The notes beneath the pieces are model-generated. The model made no database searches. It was not told the DNA's origin and saw only the letters and a program-made list of their open reading frames with translations. This document shows, piece after piece, positions 19,070-29,666 of a stretch of 64,000 nt of DNA. This DNA comes from an uncultured virus (IMG/VR IMGVR_UViG_3300039171_000040) (lineage: Duplodnaviria; Heunggongvirae; Uroviricota; Caudoviricetes), in the IMG/VR virus record IMGVR_UViG_3300039171_000040, positions 1 to 64,000 of that record; one strand, given 5' to 3'. Within the stretch, counting starts at the first letter, position 1. Each line of letters opens with the position of its first letter. Both the position numbers and the translations under genes were made by a program.

Positions 19070-20791
19070 TTAAGTGCCTCTTGTAGTGATTTGTATTAGC
19101 TCAATATCTGTTTGATCAATACTAATAATCTGATTCTGATTGACGTAAAAATTATCTTGTAATGGCCGAACAAAAACTCGTAGACTTTCTGTTCCATCAA
19201 TTATGTTCAGAGCAAATTCAACTTCACCCGTTTTGTAATCAATTGTACCTATGTTAGAAACTCTGGTTATTGATGAGCTATCTACATAAGACAAAAATAC
19301 ATTACCCAACTTGTCATCATATACTTTTGTTTCTGTTGAATTGTTAGCTACAGAAAATCCATCAATAGCCAATGATCCAACATGGATTTCATTTTTAAAA
19401 TTTACTGAGTACAAAGGATTTTCAAAGTTTAAAACATTCACATCTTTGTAAACAAGTTTATTAATGTCTACGCTGGTAATACCAGAAATCATCTTGATTC
19501 TTGAAATCAATTCCGATGGGTTTAGAAACAAACCAAAATCGGATATTTCTTCATTGTATTCTGTGACCACATTTTTAATAGCAGCCACAAGACTTGAAAA
19601 GCTCAAGTTGGTGCGTCTGTTGTCATATGAAAAAATTATGTTTAGATTGGCATGGAATATATCAGGCTCAACAATAGTGGGTGTTACAGAACCAACATTC
19701 TTTGTTGAAAGAAAAGAAACCATCTGTTGCTTAACGGATGTTGTGATTTGACCACTATCACTCAAGATAGAAATAAAAACCGTTCCATAAGCTGGTGGAA
19801 TGTTTGTTTCTCCACCCCACGCAATAGCAGACCTAATAAAAGGAAATCTTGTTTTTAAGATAGGAATATAATCAGTATCTGTTAAAGCCCTGTCTTGTGC
19901 TTGATATATTTTTGGCGCTTGAAAACGGATGCTATCAATATCTTCTCTTTCTGACCCACCATATGCTGCCGTTGTCACTGTGGTTACGATGTTGCTGTAT
20001 CCAGATATCGTTGATGCTGGAACCAAGTTACTCAGTCCATTTGCACTGTCTTTCTCGGTTGCAATATAGGTGATGGTAACGATATCGCCATCACTAGGCT
20101 CAAGACCTAGAATATTTTTACCAAACTCAATAACAGGCTGTGTATACTGGTTTTCTCCTAAAAAGTAAACCAATGCTGTATTACTAAACTCATCAATGCT
20201 TGTAGCCTTTGTGTAAGGCGTAGAGTTAACATTGATCAACATTGTTGCTGTGTCAGCATTTGTATTAGAAAGATTAATAGACTCACTAGCATATGTGTAT
20301 CGTTCTGTGATACGTTGTCCCTGATATAAGTCTACATTGAATGCTTTGTAAGACTGAGAAACGTTTGAATATGAAAGAACATAAGCTTCATTGTTAATGA
20401 ATGTGAATGAAACGTTGTCGCTTGATGCAATAAATTGTGTGCCAGCATCCATGACAATAGAGGTAGGGATGTTGGTTTTTTGTACAGGAATAACTTCAAT
20501 ATCACAAATGAGTCGTGAAGCTGTGGTTGATTTTGGAACATAGGACAATTTTTGTGCGTGTGATACCACGTTTCTTCGAATTTGTGCCGTGTCTAGAAAA
20601 GACTCGTTGGCAACCATATTCGCTTGATACGAAGTAAAGCTTGTGTTATAAACCAAAAGATCAACAATGGTGTTGATAGCTGAACCTTCATAATCAATGT
20701 CTGAGAACTCAGGTTTTTCTTGAACAAAACTAATAAGACTTTGTTTTAAGTCTTCGGTGTCCAAAGATGTGACATTAAGTTGGTTAGCCAT
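19070..20791 (-). CDS. gp6: Baseplate wedge subunit gp6
   Basis: DYEGSA...DLL.YNT, ESFLDTAQIR.NVVSHA, AQDRA.T.TDY, AWGGE motifs. Confidence 0.93.
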   Translation of the reverse strand: MANQLNVTSLDTEDLKQSLISFVQEKPEFSDIDYEGSAINTIVDLLVYNTSFTSYQANMVANESFLDTAQIRRNVVSHAQKLSYVPKSTTASRLICDIEVIPVQKTNIPTSIVMDAGTQFIASSDNVSFTFINNEAYVLSYSNVSQSYKAFNVDLYQGQRITERYTYASESINLSNTNADTATMLINVNSTPYTKATSIDEFSNTALVYFLGENQYTQPVIEFGKNILGLEPSDGDIVTITYIATEKDSANGLSNLVPASTISGYSNIVTTVTTAAYGGSEREDIDSIRFQAPKIYQAQDRALTDTDYIPILKTRFPFIRSAIAWGGETNIPPAYGTVFISILSDSGQITTSVKQQMVSFLSTKNVGSVTPTIVEPDIFHANLNIIFSYDNRRTNLSFSSLVAAIKNVVTEYNEEISDFGLFLNPSELISRIKMISGITSVDINKLVYKDVNVLNFENPLYSVNFKNEIHVGSLAIDGFSVANNSTETKVYDDKLGNVFLSYVDSSSITRVSNIGTIDYKTGEVEFALNIIDGTESLRVFVRPLQDNFYVNQNQIISIDQTDIELIQITTRGT

Positions 20792-20803
20792 GATATACCT
20801 TTT

Positions 20804-21169
20804 TTAAAAATTAATGCTTAATTGTTGTTCTTCTAATGTATTTATAACAGAATAATAAATGTTTATGGTGATTGCGTTAGGGTCATCAGGAGTGAAAACT
20901 TCAACCTCAATAATTTCTACTTGCGGTTCAAAGTTTTCAATAGCACGAATAACGTTTTGTCGAATACCCTGAAAAAATACATCACCTACATTATTTTCAA
21001 ACAAAGAAGATTTTACGTTCGTTCCATACTCTACAAAATACCCACGTTCGTAAAAATTAGTGAGTACGATGTTTCGAAGCGACTGATTGATTGCAGCCAC
21101 ACCAGACTTAGTAGCCAGATCGCCTGTTAGTGGGTGTGTTGTAAAAGAAATATCTATATCACGGCGCAT
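20804..21169 (-). CDS. gp25: Baseplate wedge subunit gp25
   Basis: DIDISF..HPLTGD..AINQSLRNIVLT...ER..IENFEP motifs. Confidence 0.9.
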   Translation of the reverse strand: MRRDIDISFTTHPLTGDLATKSGVAAINQSLRNIVLTNFYERGYFVEYGTNVKSSLFENNVGDVFFQGIRQNVIRAIENFEPQVEIIEVEVFTPDDPNAITINIYYSVINTLEEQQLSINF

Positions 21170-21170
21170 A

Positions 21171-21764
21171 CTAAAAAACCTTTTCTGGAAATGATGCAGG
21201 ACTGCCATTTGGCATCATTTCTGTTACTATCCACGTTACTTGTGGTAATGCTATGGCTTCTATATTTTCCATTAAATGGTTCATCACAGGATATTTATAC
21301 TCAGTTGTAATGCTTGCTAAAATTGCATCCTGAAATGCTGCAATTTTAGAAGGCGCATCATTAACTACAGATATAACAGACACACCACCATGTAAAGGTA
21401 ATCCGTTTATTACAAGAACGGTTCCCCAGTAGTTAGCAAGTGCTGTTGCAAAATCAATAATAGAATTACTAAAAGTTCTCATAAAGGATTCTATTATTAT
21501 TGGTTGTTGTGCGCCATGCACAGAACCAAGCACAACCCCCTCTAATGAATATTCTTCATACGATGATGCAAAAGAAGATGGATAATCACCCACTGGTTGT
21601 GTGATACTTCCATCGTCATTTGTTTTTGAAACAAACTTGTTTTTGTCTGGCGTAAACTCATCAACAACATCATCCCAATCATCAGGCTTTTCCGGTTGAA
21701 CCAGTGATATGTAGTTGTTCATGAATGATTCAAAACTATATGAGAATGTATTTGGAGTAAGCAT
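21171..21764 (-). CDS. Hypothetical baseplate-region protein
   Basis: Intact ORF coupled between gp5 and gp25. Confidence 0.6.
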   Translation of the reverse strand: MLTPNTFSYSFESFMNNYISLVQPEKPDDWDDVVDEFTPDKNKFVSKTNDDGSITQPVGDYPSSFASSYEEYSLEGVVLGSVHGAQQPIIIESFMRTFSNSIIDFATALANYWGTVLVINGLPLHGGVSVISVVNDAPSKIAAFQDAILASITTEYKYPVMNHLMENIEAIALPQVTWIVTEMMPNGSPASFPEKVF

Positions 21765-22732
21765 TATTGATTTGTGTTTACCTTTGAATAGACAGCACCG
21801 CCCTTAGCACCAGTACCGGGAACAAATGGGCCTAGTGTACCAGTTGCGGCTGGACTTGTGGGGAAGCCAATGTTGCCGATGTGTGTATGGTTATTTAACC
21901 AAGGCACCAATTCACTTACAATCCATAATGCTAATTTGTCGCCTAGTACAGAAGGTTCAACAGCAGCATCTTCACCAAGTTGAATTTCTGGCGCTCGTAG
22001 TGTATCTTTACCCTCTACATCATGTGTTCTAGTTTTTGCAATGGTGACATCTTGACTACCATTAACAACTAAATCATCATTACCACCAACATATTTAGAT
22101 ACATTTCCCTCGATACAAACGTAATCATCACCCATCACAATAGAATAATCATCCTTGACAACCTTAACTACCTGTGATCCATTTGGGTGTATTTCATAAA
22201 ATGTTCCTGTTTTATGATATACATGAAGTCTTTCAGCACCTTCTGTATCATCTGTTTCAAACGTGTGTCCCGAATTTGATTCTGTTACTTTGTTGTTTGG
22301 ATATACACTGTTATAAGGTGTTTCTGGTTCTGACCATGTTGATTTGGTTGTATTTACGTTATTGCGTACACTGTCTTTCTTTTTCTTGACAATTGTTTCA
22401 TCAATGTCTTCATTTCTGGCAAGCTTGTTGATATCGTTTATACCATCAGGTATACCGTTCAACGAACCAATAATCATTCCGTTTTGTAATGTCTGATCAA
22501 TGAAATAACCAAACACCAAAGACCCGATGTTGTATTTTGGGTTTGTGCCAATGCCACCTTGTGATTCTGAGTTATTAACAACGCACATAAACCATTTCAA
22601 CTGGCTTGTGGGTAGCTCAGAAGGGTTTTCAGAGTGATAACTGACAACCCTGACCCGAACCCTACCTAATTTTTCTGGGTCGTTCACGTCCTCTACAAAG
22701 CCCCAGAATGGAATAAACGGCGTTCCTATCAT
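21764..22732 (-). CDS. gp5: Baseplate central spike gp5 (no lysozyme domain)
   Basis: G.VEDVNDPEKLGRVRVR OB fold; YP.NKV.E..SGH.FE.DDT.GAERL..YH.TGT; C-terminal HTH triplet. Confidence 0.9.
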   Translation of the reverse strand: MIGTPFIPFWGFVEDVNDPEKLGRVRVRVVSYHSENPSELPTSQLKWFMCVVNNSESQGGIGTNPKYNIGSLVFGYFIDQTLQNGMIIGSLNGIPDGINDINKLARNEDIDETIVKKKKDSVRNNVNTTKSTWSEPETPYNSVYPNNKVTESNSGHTFETDDTEGAERLHVYHKTGTFYEIHPNGSQVVKVVKDDYSIVMGDDYVCIEGNVSKYVGGNDDLVVNGSQDVTIAKTRTHDVEGKDTLRAPEIQLGEDAAVEPSVLGDKLALWIVSELVPWLNNHTHIGNIGFPTSPAATGTLGPFVPGTGAKGGAVYSKVNTNQ

Positions 22733-23928
22733 TTACCAACCTCAAATGCGTCTTTAACTAATTTCATAGTTTGTGTGTATTGAGTTCTTTTTAGTGTGTG
22801 TTTTATTTCAGCTACAAGAAACTTACCAGAATACGGGTCTGGGATTTTTCCTTTGTTAGCTTCTGTACCCCACACTGGCAAAGCACAAATAATGATGCTT
22901 CCACACACGTTGTTTGTATCACCAAACACGGTTATTCTTGCCGCATATCTCTGTGTGTTTAAAATAGTGTTGATATTTTTTAACCTAAAGTTCTGAAAAG
23001 GTTTCTGAAAATCATCAACATAGGTATAAAGTTTGTCTGTGTTCTTGTTATTTACTAGCTCATTATTAAGGTTTGGAGTCTTTGCCAGCGAATTTGTTTT
23101 GTTAAACTGGCTTATATTGTCATATTCACTTTTGTAGAAGCTTTTTTCAAGCAAATTTAAGTTTGTGCTACTTGAACCCAACACACCATCATCAATCTGT
23201 TGCATGAAATCAGGGACATCAATAATAGAATAATCTTGAATGGCTGAAAATGATTCTTCTTCTTTTTTTGAAACATCATCATAAATGTTGGCTGTCTTAT
23301 ATTTGTACTGTGTGATTGGTTCTTGCTTGTACAAATACTCAATAGGAAAATAACAAAATTGTTGATTGTTCTCAAAGTAAAGATACCCGCTTTCATTGTT
23401 AACTGACATGGAACGGCGCGACAAATTAGCAATGACCTGAATCGGGTTTTGATTAGCCCCTACAAAGTGATTAATTTCTTTTGTTTCTACGCTTATAAAT
23501 TTCTTAGTCGAAATTTTTTCATGAAGAGACTTGACAATATTCGAACACACATCATTATATGATTTGGTGACTCGTGTTCTTGAATTGTTAATGATTTCAT
23601 CTGAACAAAAATTTAAAAGCAATCCCGATGTGTGTTCGTTAATACGTGTTGGTGGTGAACACTTATACACAATTCCACTGACTGAAATTTCTTTGTTGGT
23701 TCCAGATGTTTCAAAAACAATCTCAATTCTTTCCCCGTTGCCTAGAAAGTTTTCATTGTAAATTGAATTGGTATCCATGATTGTGATATTTCCAGACATA
23801 CCAACACTGAACATGGATTCATAGATAGAAACATCCATAAACAATGGTATCAAGTTATGAGCAACCCCATCATCAAATTGTAGTTCCAACTTTTTAAGAA
23901 CATACGAACCATTTTGTGTATACTTCAT
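22729..23928 (-). CDS. Baseplate hub protein (gp27-like)
   Basis: IYESMF..GMSG.I...D, YLYFEN and YSGKFLV.EIKH motifs; position before gp5. Confidence 0.7.
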   Translation of the reverse strand: MKYTQNGSYVLKKLELQFDDGVAHNLIPLFMDVSIYESMFSVGMSGNITIMDTNSIYNENFLGNGERIEIVFETSGTNKEISVSGIVYKCSPPTRINEHTSGLLLNFCSDEIINNSRTRVTKSYNDVCSNIVKSLHEKISTKKFISVETKEINHFVGANQNPIQVIANLSRRSMSVNNESGYLYFENNQQFCYFPIEYLYKQEPITQYKYKTANIYDDVSKKEEESFSAIQDYSIIDVPDFMQQIDDGVLGSSSTNLNLLEKSFYKSEYDNISQFNKTNSLAKTPNLNNELVNNKNTDKLYTYVDDFQKPFQNFRLKNINTILNTQRYAARITVFGDTNNVCGSIIICALPVWGTEANKGKIPDPYSGKFLVAEIKHTLKRTQYTQTMKLVKDAFEVGK

Positions 23929-24425
23929 AGCCTTTCAGCTTCCTCATCATGCATATTGACATAATCACCAATATAGTCTGTTCGAATCAAACGAATACTT
24001 CTCTTTTCATCGTTCACTTCTGTTTCATATTCGTAATTGTTAACATCCAGTCTGTCATAAGCAGGGTGTTCAACCTGAACAAAATTCCCTGTCTGAATAC
24101 TTACACTGTGGTGTCTTGCATACGGATCGTCATAAGTATTTACAATATACTGAACGAGTGATTCTTGTTCCATGGGCCATTCATTATAATAATCAACAAT
24201 CTCATTGAAGTGGAGAATCACCCATGCCAGTTCTACATCATCATAAAGCTTATCAGCTAGTATAACAGGCGTGTCGCCTTCTTTTAAGTCATACTCAATA
24301 TAATAACTAGGGTTTTTAAAAAGTGGATTGATGTAAAAGGATCGCTTTGCAACATCAACCACTGTGTAAGAATTACCACCCATTAAATAATTCAGTATAA
24401 TCGGAAACTTTTTAAAATAAGCCAT
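23925..24425 (-). CDS. gp53: Baseplate wedge subunit gp53
   Basis: MAYFKKFP, GDTP..LA.KLY...LAWVIL, EWP and YEYE..VNDEKR.I motifs. Confidence 0.9.
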   Translation of the reverse strand: MAYFKKFPIILNYLMGGNSYTVVDVAKRSFYINPLFKNPSYYIEYDLKEGDTPVILADKLYDDVELAWVILHFNEIVDYYNEWPMEQESLVQYIVNTYDDPYARHHSVSIQTGNFVQVEHPAYDRLDVNNYEYETEVNDEKRSIRLIRTDYIGDYVNMHDEEAERL

Positions 24426-24426
24426 C

Positions 24427-25359
24427 TTAAAATCCTTCCGTATGTCTTTGTTTTGAAAGCGTTTCAAGCTCGAAAAATTCAAGCGTTAGTTCTGTAAAGA
24501 ATGGCGAACCATCTGTGTATGTTGAAAAGGTATTATCACCACCATACGTCACGTTCATATTTGTTAATGCACAGGTAGAGACTTTAAAAAGAAATTCGTT
24601 TTCTGTTCCTTTGTTTAAAAAAGAAATATCAAATTCCGATGGAAAAAGTTGATAATTATTGACATTTCCGTACTTAATTTCTGGTGCGCGATGAAATTTC
24701 AAAAGATCAATAATATTTTTGATAATCTTTTGTTCTTCTTCTGATTTTGGGATAAATTTAAAGGTGAAGCTGAATGACCTGTTCTGTACCCCGTTAAAGA
24801 TAACCTCTGTATAGGGGTTAGATATACTTCGAGTGTATGCTTGCTTTGCATCTTTTGTGTTTATACCTGTAAGTGTTTGTGTCGCACCTGCAAGTGTGTT
24901 TAACAAAGCATCTGGTGCAACAGTCTTTGCAGCTTCCCACATGGATTTCCACGACTGTGTACCTGACAAGTCACCAATACTGGTTGCGGCATCAAAAACA
25001 CTGCCAACACTCTCTAGATTGGTTGTGTTCCAATCTGCACCATACGCTGTCTGAATGTTATTAGGAATATACAACGCAATGCTTTTATCAATACGTCTTG
25101 TCGAACCTTTCATCTTACGGGCAAGGCTTCCTGACGATGATTGTTGATAAACTGGAACTTCACCATCAACAATTTTATATTTCTTTCCCGCGTATTTTGA
25201 GCCTTCAACCACATTGATGTTAATGAACATGACATTTCGTGTGCCATTGATATCAATGTCTTGTGGAAAAGAAAGTACGCTGTAAGCGCCTCGCTTATTT
25301 CTGTTTTCATTATCCAGATCATTATCCAGCTTTTTAAACATACTTGATGATATACTCAT
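24427..25359 (-). CDS. gp48: Baseplate tail tube cap gp48
   Basis: IALYIP, NPYTEVIF.G...RSFSF.FKF.PKS..E, FPSEF.I and LEF.ELE motifs. Confidence 0.85.
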   Translation of the reverse strand: MSISSSMFKKLDNDLDNENRNKRGAYSVLSFPQDIDINGTRNVMFININVVEGSKYAGKKYKIVDGEVPVYQQSSSGSLARKMKGSTRRIDKSIALYIPNNIQTAYGADWNTTNLESVGSVFDAATSIGDLSGTQSWKSMWEAAKTVAPDALLNTLAGATQTLTGINTKDAKQAYTRSISNPYTEVIFNGVQNRSFSFTFKFIPKSEEEQKIIKNIIDLLKFHRAPEIKYGNVNNYQLFPSEFDISFLNKGTENEFLFKVSTCALTNMNVTYGGDNTFSTYTDGSPFFTELTLEFFELETLSKQRHTEGF

Positions 25360-25823
25360 GGTTGAATTTCAACCTCCGTCATAATTTTAAATACCCAACC
25401 TTTGTTTTTACAATAGGCTGTTGCTGCTTTCCATTTTGCTTTGTTAACGTGATAAGTGATGACTTCGTTCAAGTATCGTTCTTTTTTCTTACCTTTAGCC
25501 TTTGGAAGTTGTGTTTCTCTAAGGGGTTTGATTTCAATCAGTGTAATAACTCTTACCCCGTTATTATCTGCAACCACAAAAACATCTGGATAATAACGAT
25601 GAACTCTGTTAGTCTTAGGAGAAACATAAGGAATTTCTATAATTTCTGCCCCCCATGCCACCACTTTTGGATTGAGGTCAAATTTCTTGAATACCTTCTT
25701 TTCCCAGCCGCTCCGAAAAACGCATTTTCTAGGATCACCCAAATATTTATCAGGGTTTTGTATGTTATAAATCCCTTGGTGATATTGACCGCGTTTATTT
25801 GGTGGAGATACGTTTTCTGCCAT
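25356..25823 (-). CDS. gp4: Head completion nuclease gp4
   Basis: NPDKYLGD, RSGWE, IPYVSP, HRYYPD, IEIKP and NKAKWKAA motifs; late promoter at 25854-25861. Confidence 0.93.
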   Translation of the reverse strand: MAENVSPPNKRGQYHQGIYNIQNPDKYLGDPRKCVFRSGWEKKVFKKFDLNPKVVAWGAEIIEIPYVSPKTNRVHRYYPDVFVVADNNGVRVITLIEIKPLRETQLPKAKGKKKERYLNEVITYHVNKAKWKAATAYCKNKGWVFKIMTEVEIQP

Positions 25824-25925
25824 GCTGATTCCTAGCTATTTTGATCACATGACTATTTATAACGTGGTTGTTGACAGGAATTTTTTGGTGTGTTAGTATT
25901 TTACCCAACATAAAGGGATAAAAAT

Positions 25926-26492
25926 ATGAAATACAGAAAAGCACTAAAAATACTAAAAAAAGAAAAAGGACTTGTTTTTGATTCAGATGATGTGTATCAT
26001 GTATCTGAAAGACTAGAACTTTGTGATATATTTCTTCCTGTAACAATAAAAAACAGAATAGAAATTCTTCTTTGGATTGTTTCTTTAACAAAAGAAGAAG
26101 ACTATAAATTACCATCGAGAAAATACAAAAAAGTATATATACACAGAACCCGATACAAATATAAAAATAAAAAGCAAAAAAACTTTTTTATGTCTAAAAG
26201 ATGGAAAAATTTAAGACAAGTTGTTATTAATAATTATGGAAAGAGATGTATGCGGTGTGGTGTACTTGGTGGGCCTTGTCATATAGATCATATATTTCCT
26301 AGAAGTCGCTATCCAAACTTGGAGTTTGATTTTGATAATTTGCAAGTATTGTGTAATGATTGCAATATGAAAAAATCAAACAAATTCTATTGTGATTTTA
26401 GAAAAATTAGTGATGAAGAAAAAATGATAATTATTAGAAAGGCTAATTGCTTTTCTCTTAATATAACAAAAATTCATTCAATGGATGGTTGA
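25926..26492 (+). CDS. HNH endonuclease
   Basis: W..LR...CMRCG..HIDHIFP..NLQVLCNDCN..KSN; AT-rich; sits at the late/early junction. Confidence 0.88.
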   Translation: MKYRKALKILKKEKGLVFDSDDVYHVSERLELCDIFLPVTIKNRIEILLWIVSLTKEEDYKLPSRKYKKVYIHRTRYKYKNKKQKNFFMSKRWKNLRQVVINNYGKRCMRCGVLGGPCHIDHIFPRSRYPNLEFDFDNLQVLCNDCNMKKSNKFYCDFRKISDEEKMIIIRKANCFSLNITKIHSMDG

Positions 26493-26563
26493 CACCCATC
26501 CAAAATTCCTTTATACTGACTGTAGAAATTGAGAAATACCTACCCAAAAGGAAATACATTATG
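26489..26563 (+). promoter_or_regulatory. Early promoter cassette family B (copies at about 26489, 27197, 40702, 58442)
   Basis: TTGA(C/A)N-17bp-TATACT followed by a shared TAGAAATTGAGAAA leader and RBS. Confidence 0.85.
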
Positions 26564-27529
26564 AACACATACACCACACCCCTCATCAAAGAAGCTGCAA
26601 AAAGCGCATTTTCGTCAGCCGAACTCTCCGAAGTAAATTTTGTTGTTGTTGTTGACATGGGAATGAACGATTTCACTGTCATTGATTATGACAACAACTT
26701 TGACGCATTGATCCCAACCGTTGCAGACATATATGACCCTGTGTATATTGTTGACCGTAACCTAATCGTGAGTGAATTTTCATGAGATACGTAATTCACA
26801 TTTTCTGGTCAGACGATTCAATCCCTGAACGTCATTGCTCTACAGGGATTGAAGAGGTGGCGCACTGGCAAGCCAAGGTCATCAGTATGACAGAACAGGT
26901 TAAGGTCAGTGTGTTTGATACTGAAACCAGTGAACGAACCTTTTACGATAAACTCCAAATGCCAAATAGGAAATAACTATCATGGATAGCAAATTGATAA
27001 GATTAGTTAATGCAATTCAAGATATGGATTGGGGATTGGATAATTCTCTTTCTGCCCCTGAAAAAGAAAATTTTTGGGTTCAGTATCCAAACAAACGATG
27101 TACCATGAAACACAATAATAAGAAAAGTAGGATGTCAAAAAAAGATAGGATAGAAAAGAGAAAGCAAAAGAAATCTGCAAGAAAGAAAAATAGGACTTGA
27201 CCCCATATACAAAATGACTTATACTGGTTGTAGAAATTGAGAAACACTTAGGAGATTAACAATGAAATATTCAGACGTTGTTTCAAAGAATCTAATTCTA
27301 CCAAAAAAATCATTGTATACAATGAAAGATTGTGATAAAGTTCTTACAAATAGTTTGTTTGAAAAGAAAACGCTAACATTAAGTCAGGCAGTTTTTATCG
27401 TAAAATGTAGTGCAATTTACCACGACACAGACTATAGTAAATCAGTAGGAGATTATTCCTACGCAAACGGAATATATACATGGGTTTCTAAAACTGAGTC
27501 TGCTTAAAATTTTACTAGGGGATTAGATA

Positions 27530-27853
27530 ATGTCTGTAGCAAATACAATTCTTGAGCAGTTTGGTGGTGGTCGTAGCACATACATGATTGGCGCTAAAAA
27601 TCTTGTATCCCACAACGAAAAACGTGGTGGTGTTTCTATGAAGCACATGAAAACCACCATCAATTCAAAGCCTGCTAATTATTTCAAAGTGTTGTTAAAT
27701 GAAAATGATCTTTATGATCTTGAGTTTGGTTGGATTCGTGGACACACTTACACAGTTCGTGAAACTATTGAAAACGTTTACGCAGAGGACTTAAAACCCG
27801 TTTTTGAAAATACCACCAAACTTTACTTGACTATGGGAAAAGTGAAAGTATGA
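27530..27853 (+). CDS. Conserved phage early hypothetical protein
   Basis: ANTILEQFGG...MIGAKN..DLYDLEF..VYAEDL...FE..T.L pattern; strong RBS. Confidence 0.7.
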   Translation: MSVANTILEQFGGGRSTYMIGAKNLVSHNEKRGGVSMKHMKTTINSKPANYFKVLLNENDLYDLEFGWIRGHTYTVRETIENVYAEDLKPVFENTTKLYLTMGKVKV

Positions 27854-28165
27854 GCGATTTTGAAAATTCAGTAAGAAGGTTGTACTGGCTTGACGGATTG
27901 GGTCAAAACGGAAAAGATTGTTTATCAGAAATTTTGTATGAATTTTTAGAGGTTCCACCAACAGACACACAAATTGAAAAAGCATTTTTATTGATACCTT
28001 TTGACGACATTTGTGACGCTATGAAATTTGGAATGTCTGATACAGAGGTCAGAGAAAATATTTACACATATTTCGAAAAGAATCCCTTGTAATTCAGACC
28101 TCAGTATGAGAAGATGCCCTTGCACTGAGAGATTGACCAACCAATTTGAATTAGGAAACTATATT

Positions 28166-28378
28166 ATGAGCAACGTAACTTATATTGATCGTGAATTTTC
28201 AGCCCGTTTTGATGAAGAAATCGCGCCAATGGTTCTTGAAACTTATGATGCAGATGATAGTATCGCATTTAATGAGTCTTTCAATGACTGGACTGATAGC
28301 CTGTGTAAAGATGGTGATATCAGCCAAGAAGTTTATAACAACGTGTGTTATGTTGGCAAATATTCAGGAGAAGAATAA
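28166..28378 (+). CDS. Small acidic early protein
   Basis: Follows hairpin promoter at 28087; FNDWTDSLCKDGDIS motif; D/E-rich. Confidence 0.65.
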   Translation: MSNVTYIDREFSARFDEEIAPMVLETYDADDSIAFNESFNDWTDSLCKDGDISQEVYNNVCYVGKYSGEE

Positions 28379-28546
28379 TGAGCGTTTATGAGAATTTGGG
28401 ATACAAAGATCGTGCTGATTATCTAGAATTTCTTTCTGGTAATCTTGAAATTGATATTGATACCGTGTATGCTTTAGCAGAACTACTAGGCCCAACAGAA
28501 GATTTTGACGGTCTTGTTAGTTCACTTGAAGACATATAAATGAAAC

Positions 28547-28623
28547 GGGCCTATACCATAGCGGTCTAATGGAACGTACTCATAATGCGTTATACTCGTG
28601 TTCGAATCACGGTAGGCCCACCA
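28547..28623 (+). tRNA. tRNA with CAT anticodon (Ile2 or Met)
   Basis: Acceptor GGGCCTA/TAGGCCC, D stem CCAT/ATGG, anticodon arm ACGTA-CTCATAA-TGCGT, TTCGAAT loop, encoded ACCA. Confidence 0.92.
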
Positions 28624-29314
28624 TTAAACTCAGGAGAATTATTATGAACAAAGAATATTCTGATCCACTTCTCGTGTGTACTTTTATTGTTGCTGTCTTG
28701 ATTGTTATCATGGGAATCTTCGCACCAAAAAAAAAGCAACAAAGTCAAGAAATGAATGTGTCAATACAATACTGCGAAATGTGGCAAATCTGGCATGACT
28801 CAGATGGAGAATATGGTTGGCCTGATAAAAACAATTCCTATGAGAAGTGGTGTGTAGAATGAGCAGAGATAAACTAGAAAGTTTAATATTGCAAGGAAAA
28901 AATATAGAAGATGTCGTTAATGAGTCAATAAAGAAAGGTGTTGAATTTAATATCATAAAAACTACTTCTAACAAGGATATGATTAAGTGTTATGAATATC
29001 TCCAAGAACATATTTTTTTAATTCAGTATCATGCTGACAAAATGGCAGAAGCGATATCAGAACAGTGTATGGCTGTTTCAGAGGAAGAATGCTTGATAGC
29101 GGATTCATTAATCTTTAACGCACATGAAGATTATCTGATTTACAAAGAAGACAAAGAGACTTTTTAAATGGATAAATTACACGCTCTTGAATGGCTTCTT
29201 CTCCAAACATAATTGATGTTCGGTTCCCTTTGAAACATCCTAAAAATTTGTGATGGGACTGTGTGAGAGCTTGATGACACAACTTTAAACATAGACCTAC
29301 ATGAACGCATAGGG

Positions 29315-29359
29315 CAAAAAGAAAGCCTCTTAGAGTGTGTCTAAGAGGCTTTCTTTTTG
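29315..29359. terminator. Bidirectional intrinsic terminator
   Basis: CAAAAAGAAAGCCTCTTAGA-gtgtg-TCTAAGAGGCTTTCTTTTTG between convergent units. Confidence 0.9.
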
Positions 29360-29373
29360 AGAGAAATTTAATA

Positions 29374-29664
29374 TTAAATTTCTCGAATTTTTGCAATCAC
29401 TATTTGTCTCCATTCACCTTTTAATCCATCAGCATTAATCTTAGTCACAAGAATATAATTTCGGTTATCAATAAATGGTAAATCTATAGGTATATCTGCC
29501 CTATATTCACCACCACCAATATGAGATAGAGTAACAGATGCCATCAATTCTTCACTTGTTTTAAAAATATCAACCACAACAGAAGCGTTTTCAAGATAAC
29601 CAGCTTCATTAGTTGATGTAATTTTTTTAACACCCAAGTATTGACTATTATTTAAAAATATCAT
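29374..29664 (-). CDS. Small beta-rich virion-island protein
   Basis: Last gene of the coupled leftward cluster; GGGEYRA Ig-like strand pattern. Confidence 0.55.
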   Translation of the reverse strand: MIFLNNSQYLGVKKITSTNEAGYLENASVVVDIFKTSEELMASVTLSHIGGGEYRADIPIDLPFIDNRNYILVTKINADGLKGEWRQIVIAKIREI

Positions 29665-29666
29665 CG

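Noticed and set aside
5138..25359. Many 60-150 aa ORFs overlapping structural genes
   Set aside because: Alternate-frame or antisense to well-supported genes; no RBS or recognisable motifs.
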